DNA of 63,129 nt, filler included, from Intoshia linei (lineage: Eukaryota; Animalia; Orthonectida), in assembly GCA_001642005.1 (NCBI GenBank). It is 8 parts of 8 records of this genome, joined end to end, with 100 filler letters (N's around TTAATTAATTAA, not from the genome) between each part and the next. Parts side by side here need not be neighbours in the genome. Positions count along the whole stretch, not along the records: positions 36,357 to 47,178 come from LWCA01001230.1; positions 47,279 to 52,106 come from LWCA01001864.1; 6 more parts are not named here. One strand, given 5' to 3'. A program made the position numbers and the translations under genes. Each line of letters starts with the position of its first letter. Position 1 is the first letter of the stretch. Shown piece by piece: positions 38,021 through 52,106 of the stretch. The notes under the pieces are model-generated. The model worked only from the letters and a program-made list of their open reading frames with translations. It searched no databases and was not told the DNA's origin.

Positions 38021-39344
38021 CTAGGTTGACTGTTGTGTACTACGTACAAACAGTACTTAGCTCTGCCGAATGCACATTTTTATAATACCAAAAAAATCCT
38101 ACTATTCACTATTATCTACCCTTTGAAGGAGTGTTTCCAAAATTTGTTTTAGGTGGAACCGTCATATCACATTACTTTTTACTTTAAAGTGAATTATTCC
38201 ACTTAATTTTTTGTTTTTTAACATTTGCGTAAAGAATTTTATTAAACAATTGTTATCTTATTTTTTTAATTTATTAGACAGAATGTGTGTATAATATTAA
38301 AAATAAAGTAAAAACAGTCCAATCCTAAAAATTGTCATAAATAGCATAAATTCCAAAAAAATAAAATTAGTCCAATTCTAAAAATTGTGATAAATAGCAT
38401 AAATTCCAAATAAATAAAATTGTAAAACCTATTTTTTCATTTTAGTATATTCAGTACCAATTTAATAAATACTTAAAAATACCAATTATGTATCAATAAT
38501 TAATAGAATCTTCACTTTATAAATATATTTTAAACGAATTTACCAAATATTACAATGGATTGTAATAAATATAAAAATTATAATAACAATGTTTGTATTA
38601 CTTATAGTTTCATTGTTGTAGTTTAAATTTGAAATTTAAAAATTGCGTAGCAATGAAAAAAATTCCAAAGAAATAAATTATATAGATTTTCACCTATATT
38701 TGTTTATTGGAGATGTGTAGATGTTCAATGCATATTTTTTTGAAATTGTAGGATCAATATTTACATTTTCAATTTTTATTTTACAATAATTGTAATATTG
38801 TTTAATATTTATTACAATAATTTTTAATCCAAATAATTGAAAAATATTCGTTGATAATATATTAAAAATTATTTTTCACCGGGAATGCGAGCTTTCAGGG
38901 GATCAAAATTTGTATTTATATCAACTGGAATAAGCTCTATCAGAATAATTTTTTTTTTTTAATTTTCTGACAGTTAATTATTTCACATTTTTTGTTTTAA
39001 AAAATATTTCGAAACAAAAATATATGAATACTAAAATGTTTTTTGACAGTGGAGTCGTCACTTTTTCGAATTGAAATATTTTTTGTGTGTTAACAAGATA
39101 CAACTGTACCACTTGTAAATTTTTTTAAATTCTCCAACTCGTTTGATTTTCAAAAAAAAGGACAATTGGGGTTTTTAACCCGTAAGATGTCAATTTGAGA
39201 GGTTGAAATTATGTTTCCGCACACCCCGGAAGAAACTGTAATTGAAATGTGGACTTTATAAAACTCTAAGACGGATAGTTATTTAAATAAAGTGGAACAC
39301 ACACACACAAACAAAAATCGCGTAGCATATTAAATAAGTAAGGA
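38021..39344 (-). mobile_element. Full-length non-autonomous Helitron (family A, 1324 bp)
   Basis: Minus strand: A|TC start, (GT)n near the 5' end, subterminal hairpin, CTAG|T end; inserted between A and T. Confidence 0.88.
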
Positions 39345-39649
39345 TATATTTTGCGCTTTGGTTGTGTTCCTCTCCGAATTATTAATGTACAAAGTCAGAA
39401 AACATTTAATTTCATTCCATTGATTTAATCTTCTGATTCTTGTATTCACATAACAAAATTTGTTATAAAATTAATATATAATGGCATTATTGAGAGGTCT
39501 GACTGTATTTGCATTTCAATTTTAATAAAATAAATTATAGCTCGTAGTGTAACGGTTAATATCTTTTTATTTAAACATAACATTTGCATTAATAAAGATA
39601 CGTTTGTATTTTGCATTGTAAATACTATTACTGCTATATTTACATTACA

Positions 39650-42600
39650 ATGGCAATATATTTAGAAAAATTGTTACTGTTAATATTACTTATTGGCCCG
39701 ATTTCTGCAATTAATTACGAATTTTCTGAAATTCCAATAAACATTGAGAAAGGAAATAAACCATTAACCAATATTGATAAAACATTCATTTACAGCTGCC
39801 ACAATTACGTTCGTTTTTACATAATTGAATCACGTACATTAGTCAAAACATAGGAAATAATTGTGGATGATTCATCCTTAACATTTACGAAACTAAACAA
39901 TTTTTTATATTTTACGGTAACCATTAAAAAAAAAAATTGGACGTTTGCTGTATTCCTTAAATGGTAAAATTGTCAATATTAATATTACTCATACGGATAT
40001 ATTTGATTGCAAATGGGTGACGATATCTAACAAATGGAAAATATTTTATGCAAAAAATAAATTAATATCTTTTCATGGTGTAGAATATGTTAGACATTCA
40101 AACATACCAAAAAATATTAATTATAAGTTATAAGTGCAAGCCTTCTTTACATTTATAATTTGAAAACAAAAAAATATAAATTGTTAATTTCAAATGTAAG
40201 ACATTATTTTTTCAACAAAATATGTGCTGTAATATTAGATGACGGGAAATACATAAATAGTAATGTTGATGAAGTTAAAAAATTTATATTTGAAGATAAT
40301 GAAACTTCAAATTTAATGCACCAACCAAGAACAACGATATCATAATTAATTTATATGGAACACCGAATTTTCATTTCTTTTAAGGTAATATCTACCATTT
40401 TATCAATTATATTTTGCGAGTCCCCAATGCATTAGGCTTTGAGGCTTAGGAAATGAGGTTTGTCATATTAATACGTGACAATCATAAAATTAAAATTAAA
40501 TTTAAAATAATTATCTCCAATAAAAATACAATATTAAAGATAGTTGCGATGTGTTAATGTTTCAATAAGGGAAAATATTCTTTAATTTATATTTTTATTA
40601 GTGGCAATAAATCTATTAGAAAATAATAAATATTCACATTACATTATTAAAATTAATTTAAACAATTAAAAATCCAAATTAAATAATTTAAAAAAATTTG
40701 AGTTCATATCACTTCCATACGATACAATAGAAAATGAGAAGTATTAAAAATAGAAAAAATATTATAAATTTTAATCAGTTTATGAGCAATTATTGATAAT
40801 ACTCAAGCCTCAGATGTAGCTAAGACATAGTTAATATTCATTTCCTATGATGATTTCTTCCGATCATTACCATCAGTTTTAAAAAGTGACCTTATCAACT
40901 AAAAACATGACTATATAAATAGATAACACCTATAATATAGATTCTATATTATCACATTGAAAATGACAAAATGGTTTTTTATAATTTTATTTTTTCTGGA
41001 ATTTATGCTATTTATGACAATTTTTAGATAGACTGTTTTAACTTTATATTTAATATTATACACATATTTTGTCTAATAAATTAAAAAAATGGGATAATTA
41101 TTTTTAAAATTCTTTACGCAAATATTAACAAAACAAAATTAAGATGGAATAATTCACTTTAAAGTTAAAAGTAATGTGATATTATGGTTCCACCTGAAAC
41201 AAGTTTGGGAACCACTCATTTAAAGGATTGATAATAGTGAATAGTAGGATTTTTAAGTTAGATTTTCAACGTTAATTTATTTTTTTGGTATAATAAAAAT
41301 ATGCTCTCGGCAGAGCTAGGTGCTGTTTGTACGTAGTAGATAACAGTCAACCTAGTGTATAATATCTAATTAAAAGTAGTAAATGTTTTACAAGTAATTA
41401 ATGTAGTAAAAAATAATTTACTGAATTTTAGTAAAAACAGTAAAATTAATATAATAAAAAATTTAACAACACCTTGTGACATGTACAAATTATTGCGAAA
41501 AAGATATGATAAGCAGAAAAATATAATTGATTTGTCTTATGCGTTATCTAAACCAGAATTCTCCAACGGGAGCCATGTGGCCCAAACGGGCTACTGGAAA
41601 AATGAAGGGGCTACACAAAAAAATAGGGTGGTCACAAAAATTTTTATATACATATATTTTTAAAGACAATGTATTTATTATTTATAATTGACATCAATTT
41701 GAATTTAGTAGATCGCAGTTGTATATGATACATAATATCTATATTTAGATTCATAAATACTCACCGATTGTGGAATTTTTCTATAAAATATTTGACAAAA
41801 AAAGGCACTTACTTGGACTTAAAATATTTATAAGTGATAAAAGCTTAATAAAATTAAAACCATTAAATATCGACAAATATGACGAGAAAGAAATTTGGGA
41901 ATTAAAAATAAAATTAATAAAAAATAAAAAAGATTATAAAGATATTATATATATTATTATAAACTGTCAACATTATATTTCGCATGATCATGGCGATACA
42001 TAAACAAAAAGAAAAAATCAATATTGTTTCGCATATATTAACTATTTCCCTATTTATGATTTTATAACTGTAATTACACAATTGAAAACAAATGGTACAT
42101 ACTTGATGGAATTTCCATTTGATTATTTTGAAAATCGATATATTACACAAGAGCATTTAATTAATCTTGGTACAGTGATTAATGTAAATATTTCTATTGT
42201 ATTGATGACCACTATTGATTATATTAAAATATCTTTTAATGGAGCAAGATATTGGTATCAATTGTTAAAATTACCAGCTGATCATTATAATATGTTGCAT
42301 TACTCAAATTTCGTTTTTTTTGAATCTGGAAATATTATAATTTCAACAATAAAATCTAAAAATTTGAAAAGACTGGATTTTGTATTTAAAAATGTACCAA
42401 AATGCCTAGATGATGAGAAAATATATAATACACAATGTAAATACGGTACTACTAATTTCATACAAATGAAAAAAAACACATTTTCGCGATCCCTGTTTTA
42501 TGGAAAACGAGGATGTCGTTGCCAGGCGCAATTTTAAATGTCAATGTATTTCTAATGATTATATATGTGTAAATGGATATATAAAAAATTATTTAACAAA

Positions 42601-42949
42601 ACTATGTGAAATCCCAAATAATATATTCAAAAAATTAAAATACATCTGCCTTGATGGTGTAATGAAAAATATTGATATTAGAGGTTATGAACCAGTGTAC
42701 AACTCAGAACATGCTGAAAAATTCTGTGCTGCCGATATTTTTAACCCTCTCGTAAAAAACGTTTCGTGTAATCATGTCGCCGAGTATATTCCTCAACTAG
42801 TTATTAAATATGGTCAAAAAACAAGTATAACGGCAAAAACAAGATATATTTTGTACATTGTAATTGGAGTATCCGCATTTATCATTCTATTTATATTGTT
42901 ATGCGTCATTTATATTATTCTAAAAGTGAAAAATTACACATTCTTTTGA
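39650..42949 (+). pseudogene. Vps10p/sortilin-like type I membrane protein, disrupted
   Basis: Signal peptide, beta-rich ectodomain, KISFNGARYW repeat-like motif, 10CC-like CQCISNDYICVNGY…LCE…ICLDG…RGY…KFC, C-terminal TM. TAG at 39851 where the paralogue has W, plus several frameshifts. Confidence 0.55.
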
Positions 42950-43580
42950 TTTAGAATCAATCCAAATAATTAAACTGCAAAATTAGTTTATTAGAAAATA
43001 AATAAATTTAAAATATTATTGACATTTAAACTGTAATAATAATATTAAAATTCATTAAATGTGATTTTATTTTGTCATTTTACATGTCTTTGAGGTATTT
43101 ATTTGGGCACGATAATTTTGCTTTTCCAACTCTAATAATTGCATTTCCTCGCAAATCATCAGATACTTTAAATACAATCTATAACGAATATATTCATTTA
43201 AAAATGATGAAAATGGTTATACTTGTTCAGGCACCAGAAAAACTTTGTTATTGTCTTCGTTTAATTCGATTTGGCATTTTACTCTTACTGGTTTTTCATT
43301 TGTGTCTAGTTCTGTGACACAATTTGACGGAAAATATCCAATTTTTTGGTTGCAGTTACCCTAATTATTTTTTATAAATTAATGATCAAAACAGATAAAT
43401 CAAAACAAAAAATCACATCAAAAATTACTGTAAAACAGGGCCCAGTAACCTTTTTTCGACGTGGACCCCATTTTCCCATCTAAAACATTCTACTGTACAG
43501 TGTACACATTTCCTTATATACATCAAATTTATAAATAAAAAGTTTCAAGATGCGAACTAAGTGACGTACATTCTCTAGAC

Positions 43581-43950
43581 CAGAGGTGCACAAGATTTCC
43601 ATCAATTCAACCACAAGGAGACTTTACTCATTTATACTACAGCTAATTGAATTAATAATTACCAATTATTTAGTTTGACATTGAGAGAGTTTAAATTCAT
43701 TTTGAGAAAGTGGGTTAAGTCAAAAATGTAACATTTTGATAAAAATATTTCCCTCGAATTTGAAGTAAAATGATATATTGCATTATGATAACATGGATTG
43801 TCCACGGCCGCATGTTATGTACCTCGTGCTCTAAACTCTAGAGAATTTTGCAAAAGTTTAAAATTTTTTTGAGGGATGGCTCGACAATTTTTTAGTCATG
43901 CAGGGGTAACATTTTTTAGTGGCAGTAATAAAAGAATTTGTCGAACACTG
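43581..43950. mobile_element. hAT MITE (370 bp)
   Basis: CAGAGGTGCACAA…TTGTCGAACACTG; TSD CTCTAGAC/CTCTAGAG; related pieces at ~25238 and ~59510. Confidence 0.75.
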
Positions 43951-45094
43951 CTCTAGAGTCTAGAACGACATTCATTTGAGCGATGTATTGTTATAGCGAT
44001 ACATCTTAGAGTGACATAATCATCGATATTACTTATTTTCATATTACTAGGTTTACTGTTTTACTAGCTCTTAGTTTTTAATTTAATCCAAGATTTATAT
44101 AGCGGAACACCTATTCGAACCACATTGTCAATTCCATAAGATTAAAATTGAAGAAGAAATCTTGCATAAAAATTTTATATAATACTTACTTTCCACCATT
44201 TTTCATTTTTGTTTTCCAAGACTAGAACTGCTTCGTTAATTCTAAATTTATATTTACATTTGAATATACATTATTAATAATAATTTATTATACTGTACAC
44301 TGTACATATTGAATATAAAACGTATGTACTATTACATATATTGTACATTGTATTATAATTATACAGCTTTTACAGTAATATATTTAATAATTATTAAATT
44401 TAAATATTAAATAAACATTATAATGTAACATTTTAGTTTGAAATTGGGGTTGGAGACGCTTATTGTGATTTTAATATAAAGGCACAATTATCTAAGTACG
44501 TTTTGCAAATGCCACAAATTTAAAATTTCAAGAGCCTTGGATAGGGCTAGGGTCATATGTCTCTACGTATATTTTGGAAAAAAGTTTTGAAGCCTATTTA
44601 TCCATTTATGAGCAATTATTGATGGTACTCAAGCCTCGGATGTAACTAAGGCATATTTATTATTCATTTCCTATGATTTACGATCATTAGAATCAATTTT
44701 AAAAAATGACCATATTAAATGCCAACATAACCAACATGACACAACTACGAACATGAATATATAAATAATGAAAATCTATAAGTAGGAGCATACCACATAA
44801 AAAATTTCAAAATTATAAAAATTGGCCCTAGTCCGGTCAGAGTAAATTTTTTTTTCATAATCTGATTTTCGAATGTTTTTTTCTATGATCTTTGACAACC
44901 TGTATCAGGTTTTGCTTAGAATCTTCATTTATTGTATCTAAATTTCAGTATTTTTCAATCTGTATATTAGGGCTGTTCGTTTTTTACTGTTTTACTTTTT
45001 TACTGAAAATGATTTTTATTAAAAATACATTAAAACTTTGGCATTTTTAATGTTTTCGTGCGAAATTTTACGTATTTCTTAATTAAAATTTAAA

Positions 45095-45190
45095 AATAAA
45101 ATTAAAATCAAAATCAAAATTAAAATCAAAATTAAAATCAAAATCAAAATCAAAATCAAAATCAAAATCAAAATCAAAATCAAAATCAAA
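45095..45190 (+). repeat. (AAAATC/AAAATT)n hexanucleotide microsatellite
   Basis: About 15 tandem hexamers. Confidence 0.95.
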
Positions 45191-45378
45191 TTTGGAGTGT
45201 TTAATTTAATTTATAAACTCTCTAGAAGCCGATGTAGATAAATTTAAAATATGAAAAATGCGTATTTGCTTTTTCTATTTATGTATCTATATATATCAAT
45301 ACATGTATCTACAAAATAAATGTTATTAAATACACAAAAATACATAACAAATATATATATCATTTAACAGAAAAATAA

Positions 45379-46155
45379 ATGGTTTTGAAATTATTTGCTA
45401 ACATTTTTTTATTACTCACCTTTTATACAATAACAGCATTACAATATAAATTTTATGAAAATGATGTAGATTTTGGAAATGGAACTAAAATAGTTGCTAT
45501 AATTAAACAAATTACAATTGTATTTGGGAATAAAAAACTTTCAGTATTTCAAATAAAATCCAATCAAATGACCAAAGTGTGGGAAATTATGGTTGATGAT
45601 AATTCTATATGGACTAAACTATGGTATAATAAAATTTTTATTATTTGTGTAACAATCAAAAATGAAAAGTCTGCATACGTCATTTATAATAAAGACACGA
45701 AGCTCCACATATTAAAAAATACGTATGAAAGATTTTTTGAAATCAAATACATACTTAAAAATAAAAAATGGCAGTTATTTAGTTCAAACAGCACATTATA
45801 TTCGACAAATAATAATAAAATTGTGCAACCTTTAGCCAAAAAATTCCAAAATATTTCATTTATATCTTTTTTTGAGCATACATATGATGATATATATATT
45901 ATTGATAGAAAAACTATATATGCTTATAATTTAAAAACTAAACGCATGACAGTATTAGCTTCAAATGTAATAGACTATATGGTGCGTAAAATTATGTTCA
46001 TATCTATCAAAGAAGGCAAATACGTATCCAATAAACCGAACAAAATTGAAAAATTTTTTATTCCAGAAATTGACAAGTCAAATCTAATTCATAGCGACAG
46101 AACAAATATCTATGAAGCTGTATATACTGGGAACAGAATCATTATTGCATTTATC
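45379..46155 (+). CDS. Paralogue of the 39650 gene: intact first exon (signal peptide plus beta-rich ectodomain); remainder not seen
   Basis: Aligns with 39650-40384 (WEIMVDD/*EIIVDD, KWQLF/KWKIF, YNLKTK, SNV, GKY.S, KFF/KFIF, SNL.H) and shares the donor position (IAFI|GT vs ISFK|GT). Confidence 0.6.
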
Positions 46156-46309
46156 GTAAAATTTTTTACAAAGACAGACGCATTATCACTTTTAGTGTAT
46201 TTGATGATAAATGTAAAATCAAAAGTACTTATCTATGATAACAAATACAAATTTTCGGCTTAAAATTTATTCCAAATAAACTAAAAGTGATAGTAAGTCT
46301 TTTTTCTGG

Positions 46310-47780
46310 CCACACTAACTTATATAATATGCTATGCCATATTTATTTGTGTGTGTGTGTTCCACTTTATTTGAATAACTACCAGTCTTAAAATTTTATA
46401 AAATCCACTTTCATTTACACTTTTTTCGGGGACATATAATAAGATAAATTTCAACCTCCCAAACCCACATCTTACAGGTCAAAAACCCCAAATGTCCTTT
46501 TTTTTGAAAATCAAACAAGTTAAAGAATTTAAAAAAATATATACGCTGATACGGATTTTAACAATCATAAACATTATCATAAATTTAAATTTAACAAAAT
46601 TATATCTTAAAGGGTCAAAACCCATAATTACCCTTCTTTTTTTAATGAAAACATCCCTAGAATTTAACAAAATTTACAGATGGTATAGTTGTATCCGGTT
46701 AACACACACCAAAAATTTCATCCGAATAAGTCATGACTTCACGGTCAAAACAGCATTTTAGTATTCATATATTTTTTTTCCAAAATATTTTATTACAATA
46801 AAAAATGTAAAATAATTAACGGTCCGAAAATTAAATAAAAAAGATTAGTCTAATAGAGTCTATTCCATTTGATATAAATACATAAGTTAAACCCAAGAAA
46901 TCTACGCATTTTCGATGAAAAATAATTTTTAATATATTATCAACTAATATTTTTCCACTATTTCGATTAAAATAAAAATTAAAAAATGTCAATATTGATC
47001 CTACAATTTCAAGAAAAATTGAAATCATAACAACGCTATATTTCAGTTAATAAAATAAATGTTGTAAACTTTACGAAAATCAGACATTTCGTAGCAATGA
47101 TAAAATAAAATCTAGCCATCAATTTTAGACTAGAAAATAGAAAAGATTTCTTTAAAGCAGTGGTTCCCAAACTTTTTTNNNNNNNNNNNNNNNNNNNNNN
47201 NNNNNNNNNNNNNNNNNNNNNNTTAATTAATTAANNNNNNNNNNNNNNNNNNNNNNNNNNNNNNNNNNNNNNNNNNNNGGTCAAAAAAGCATTTTAGTTT
47301 TCATATATTTTTTTTCCGAAATATTTTATTAACAAAAACAAAAAATGTGAAATAATTAATTATCCGAAGATTAAAAAAAAGATTATTCTCATAGAATTTA
47401 TTCTAGTTGATATAAATACAAAATTTCAACCCCAGAAATCTACGCATACCCGGTGAAAAATAATTTTTAATATATTATCAACAAATATTTTTCAATTATT
47501 TAGATTAAACCAAAAATTGAAAATGTAAATATTGATCCTACAATTTCAAAAAAATGTGCATTGAACGTCTACACATTTCCAATACAGAAAAATGGGTGAA
47601 AATCTATATAATTTATTCCTTTGCAATTTTTCGTTCTCAAATAATTTTAGTCTAAATCTACAAGAACCAAGTACTAAAACTACCACTTTATTATGATTTT
47701 TACATTTATTACAATGTTTGGCAATGTTGGTAAAATTCATCCGAAATATGTTTCTAAAGTCCTGATTCCGTTAATTATTG
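46310..47780 (+). mobile_element. Helitron A pieces either side of a gap (another at ~51330-51820)
   Basis: Collinear with the 5' half of family A. Confidence 0.75.
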
Positions 47781-48502
47781 ATACAAAATTAATGACAAAA
47801 CACTAGATTAGAAAAAACTATATAGGAATTTGCATTTTAAAAATTCTACGAATATTTGTGTTTAAAAACCGAAACAGGTACATGCAACTTTATCTAAATA
47901 AAAGATAAATTTGATAATATTATTAACTATCAATTAATTATAATCAAATCATTTTTATGATATTATAAAATCGACATGATTTGTACAAAGCACCGTGGAA
48001 AACTAGCAGTAGGTAGGTCCAGTCAGATGGAAATTGTATGCCCCATATTTTTTTTTTAAAAAAGGACCTTTATGCATTGCTTAATCGATCGTTAATCATA
48101 TAAAAATTAAAAAAAACCGTTGGAAATCGCATTGGTTATCGAAATTTTGGTATACTTATTACAGGTTCCAACATTACCTATTAATACATTTAAAAAGTAG
48201 CACCCTCATGATTATAGGCCCGGGTATATGTCTGCCTGTCCACGACACTGTTTGTACATGAATAGTATAAAACAATTGCGATTCGTGAAAACCCTGGAAA
48301 TTATACTGACCGCTGGGGGTTCGTGGACCCATTTAAGAAAGATTTCTATAATCATGTATTTTGTAGTTATTTTAAGAAAAATATATTTTTTGAAATGAAA
48401 TGTTTGAATGTCTCATATAATAACGTAAAATCATTATACATTTATTAAAAATATATACAATTTTGATTAAATGCGCAAGGTGTAATGTAATAACATGAAG
48501 AA

Positions 48503-50140
48503 TTATCTACACTTCCAAACTTTAATAGATTTATCAACACTACCAGTTATTACATATGGAAGTTGCGAATGAATGGCTAAAATAATAATATTGATACATT
48601 GAAAAGTAGATACCAATAGTAGAAACAAAATGTTCATGTGCTTCAAGAGTTTTGACACATCGGCGATTACGTAAATCCCAAATTTTGATATTTTTGTCGT
48701 CAGAGCAGGATAAAAGATAGCCACCACCAGTTTGGAAACACATTTGTCGAACCCAATCATCATGACCATTCTAATTTTAATTAAATAAAATTTAATAAAA
48801 AAAATATAATACTAATTGAAAAAGACATTGAGATGTTCCAATGTCCCATATACGTATAGTTTTATCTCTTGACCCGGACACAAGGTATCCATTTAAAACT
48901 GTAGAATTATTCTACAGTATATAATTAATAAATAAAAACATTTAATAAACAGTAGGTAGTAGTTGGTCAGGGTTTATTGATTTAGTTATATTAGTTGGAG
49001 CCCATTCGATACATTCAATGACATGGGTGTGACCAACTAAAGTGTTTTTAAGAGAATTAGATTCTAATGACCAAACTCGAATAGTCTAAAAAATAAATAA
49101 ATAAACATGCAAATGAAACATGAACCTTATCATTTGAACAAGAAGCAATGTGTACTCCATCTTGACAAACTCTGGCCATTCTAATCCAATCATTATGACC
49201 AGATAATACAGTTTGTACACAATACCTACAAAATGAATTAAAAATACTAAAATGTATGCAACCCTGTTGAAACATCCCAAATTTTAATTGTTTTATCTCT
49301 AGAAGCACTGACTATTTGTAAAAAATTTGGTGTATAATCAACAGAAGAAATATTATGATCGTGTCCTAAATAAAAATAAAAGAAATTAAATCTAAAAAAC
49401 CTCGAAATGTTTTAATACATTGATACGTATTAGTGTCCCATAATTTGATTGTTAAATCACTGGAACAAGAAACTACATATAAATTATTTAAACATAAATT
49501 AGAATAAACCAATATTGGAGCCGGTATTATTATATTTTAAATCTTGCACGGTATTCATATGTCCTTTCATGGTATGTTCGTATTCTCCAGATTCAAAATC
49601 CCACAACTATTCAAATTATTTTAAAAATTTTTAAAATTACTTTAATGGTGGAGTCTTGGGAAGCAGAAGCACATTGGTTACATTTTGGATGAAACACAAC
49701 CCTGGTAATTGAAGATCTGTGGTTTATAAGTGTATGAATAGCTGGTGGACGTGGTAACCATTCTGTAATTGATTTTTTGGGTCCATTTTCAAGTGAATTC
49801 ATTTCAGAAAGACTTTCAGATAATTTTGCTTCTAAATCCAACACCTAAAATATAATGTTAAAAATTATAATGCAAAAATTACTTTTTTTTGTAATCGTAT
49901 GACAGTATTCCATTTCTTTTCAAGTAAATTATTATATTTTTCGTGTGGTTGAGTATCCTACATTACATTTATTCATTTACTACAATTTATTACTAATTTT
50001 GTTTCGTCTATAAAAATATTTGCAGTTTTAGAAAAACCATTAGACTGTAAATAAGACACAATTGAGTAATGGCTAAAGTTTACATGTATTTTGATATTAT
50101 AATGGTACAGATCTATTCTTTGACGTTCCGTTAGCGTCAT
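48503..50140 (-). CDS. PAFAH1B1: Lissencephaly-1 homologue (LisH, coiled coil, 7 WD40)
   Basis: [11 protein letters not shown]…[23 protein letters not shown]…[22 protein letters not shown]…GHDDWVR…[19 protein letters not shown]; many short introns. Confidence 0.96.
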
Positions 50141-51859
50141 TCTGTAGAAAAAATCTTTAAATAGTTGTTAAATCTTTAATTAATAGCTTATTTGGTTTTC
50201 GATAAACATTCTCTAAATATATTTAATCTTTATTTACAGGTTACTGTAGTTTGCTTACAAACTTTATTCATTATCCTGTAAAACATTAACATTGTTGCAA
50301 TTTAGGTTTTTAATGTTTAGTGTTTATGTTCGCTTATTTACGCTGTTTACTTTACTTTATTATACTAGAATCTAGTAAGATCAACTCAATTAAAGGTTAG
50401 ATATAGTTTCTAGATTTCAGAATATTTAGCAAACAATTACTTTCAAATTTTAAGATAAATTTGTATGACTTTTTTATTTGTGTCTACTTGTATTGTATTT
50501 GAAAAATTAATTCTTAGGACACATGAAAATAATCGTAATAATTGCCCATAATTAAGGTTTAAGACTGGAATTAACTAAATTTTTGTTTATTTTGTTTATA
50601 AGCAAAATTATTCATTATTAGCACATGTGTTATTCTGTGGTAACAGCTTTAAATAATATTATTCATTGATCCATTTACTGAATCATGCATAATCTGAACT
50701 ATCTTAAATTTAATGAACAGCTCTCAAGACAGATAAATGAATTGTTTTCCATTAAATTTATTATCACATGTCGTATTTATTGGTAATAGTATCATTTCTG
50801 TCCATATTGAGGGTTTTTTGCAAAACTTAACTGAGTACATGCATGTCTGTGTATTATTTTAGATTTTGATGAAAACTCACCGATTTTCTATAGAATATAT
50901 TTTGGATGTGTATTTTTAGCTAGTGCATAATTACTGATTATAATCAATAATTATTAATCAGTTATCTTTCACCGTGAATTTTTATCGTATATTAAAATAG
51001 GTTTTTAAGCAAACAATGATATTTGTAGATTTAAAAATGATTCTACACTGTAAAATATATATTAATTATATCAAGATTCGTCAAAATGCGTGCTTCGACA
51101 TGAAAATATGTTTTTTATATTTTTTTTTAAAAATTTTAAAGAATAATAAAACCCAGTTTCTAGGAAACTATTAGAAATTTAGATTATATCGGTAATTACA
51201 TAAATTTTTCACTCATGTAATACTGACACCGGTGTTATCTACATTTCGCTAATTCATTCAGTTCGTTCATCAATTCTATAGTTTGCCATATATTTATTTA
51301 CATCTCTTTGCTTACATTTATGTTTTGTTATTCTGTGTGTGTTATCGCTTATTTCAATAACTACCAGTCTTAGAATTTTATAAAGTCCACATTTCTATTA
51401 CAGTTTTTTCTGCGGTAAAAGTAAGATAAATTTCAACCTCCCAAACTATCATCTTACAGGACAAAAAGCCCAATTATTCCTTTTTTTTGATTATCAAACG
51501 AGTTAGATAATTTAGAAAGATATAAACTCTGATACTGATTTTAAAATCATAAATTTAAATTTAAAAAAAATATATCTTCAGGGCCAAAACTACAAATTAC
51601 CCTTCTTTTTATAATGAAAACAGCCCAAAATTTAAAAAAAATTACAGGTGTTACAGTTGTATCTTGTTAACACACACAAAAAATTTCAATCCGAATAAGT
51701 GACGCCTTTACCGTCAAAAAAGCACTTTAGTATTCATATATTTTTTTTCCAAAATATTTTATCAAAACAAAAAATGTGAAATAATTAATGATCCAAAAAT
51801 TTAAAAAAAAATTATTCTGATTTCTATTCTATTCTATTCTAGGCATTTTGACAAAATAT

Positions 51860-52106
51860 TTTAATGATTTTGAGGAACATTTACGTGATATTTTACTGTA
51901 TGAGTACTTTAAGTACCTTAGTGCAGTGGTAGCTACCTAAAATATATGTGCTGTGTGTGGGAGAATGTTTTAAATGACAAAAAATATCAAAGATGGTTTA
52001 ACAGATTTCGAGATAAAAACTACACCCTAATAGATTTCCAACGTTCCGGTAAACCTTCAACTGTTGATATTAATCAAATAAAAAGTGAATTGAAAAAATC
52101 TCTAAT
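51860..52106 (+). mobile_element. mariner transposase N-terminal relic
   Basis: HLRDILLYEY…A..*NIC.VW…QRWFNRFRDKNYTLIDFQRSGKPSTVD (Mos1-type HTH), with stop and frameshift. Confidence 0.8.

Noticed and set aside
39851-39853. Stop-codon reassignment or readthrough (TAG at a Trp position)
   Set aside because: The same gene has frameshifts, and conserved genes in the window use the standard code; this is a simple TGG>TAG lesion.
46479-47740. Cluster of short ORFs (also 14783-14965, 15740-16110, 18610-18938, 55447-55710)
   Set aside because: They lie in Helitron or other AT-rich non-coding sequence and have no recognisable motifs.
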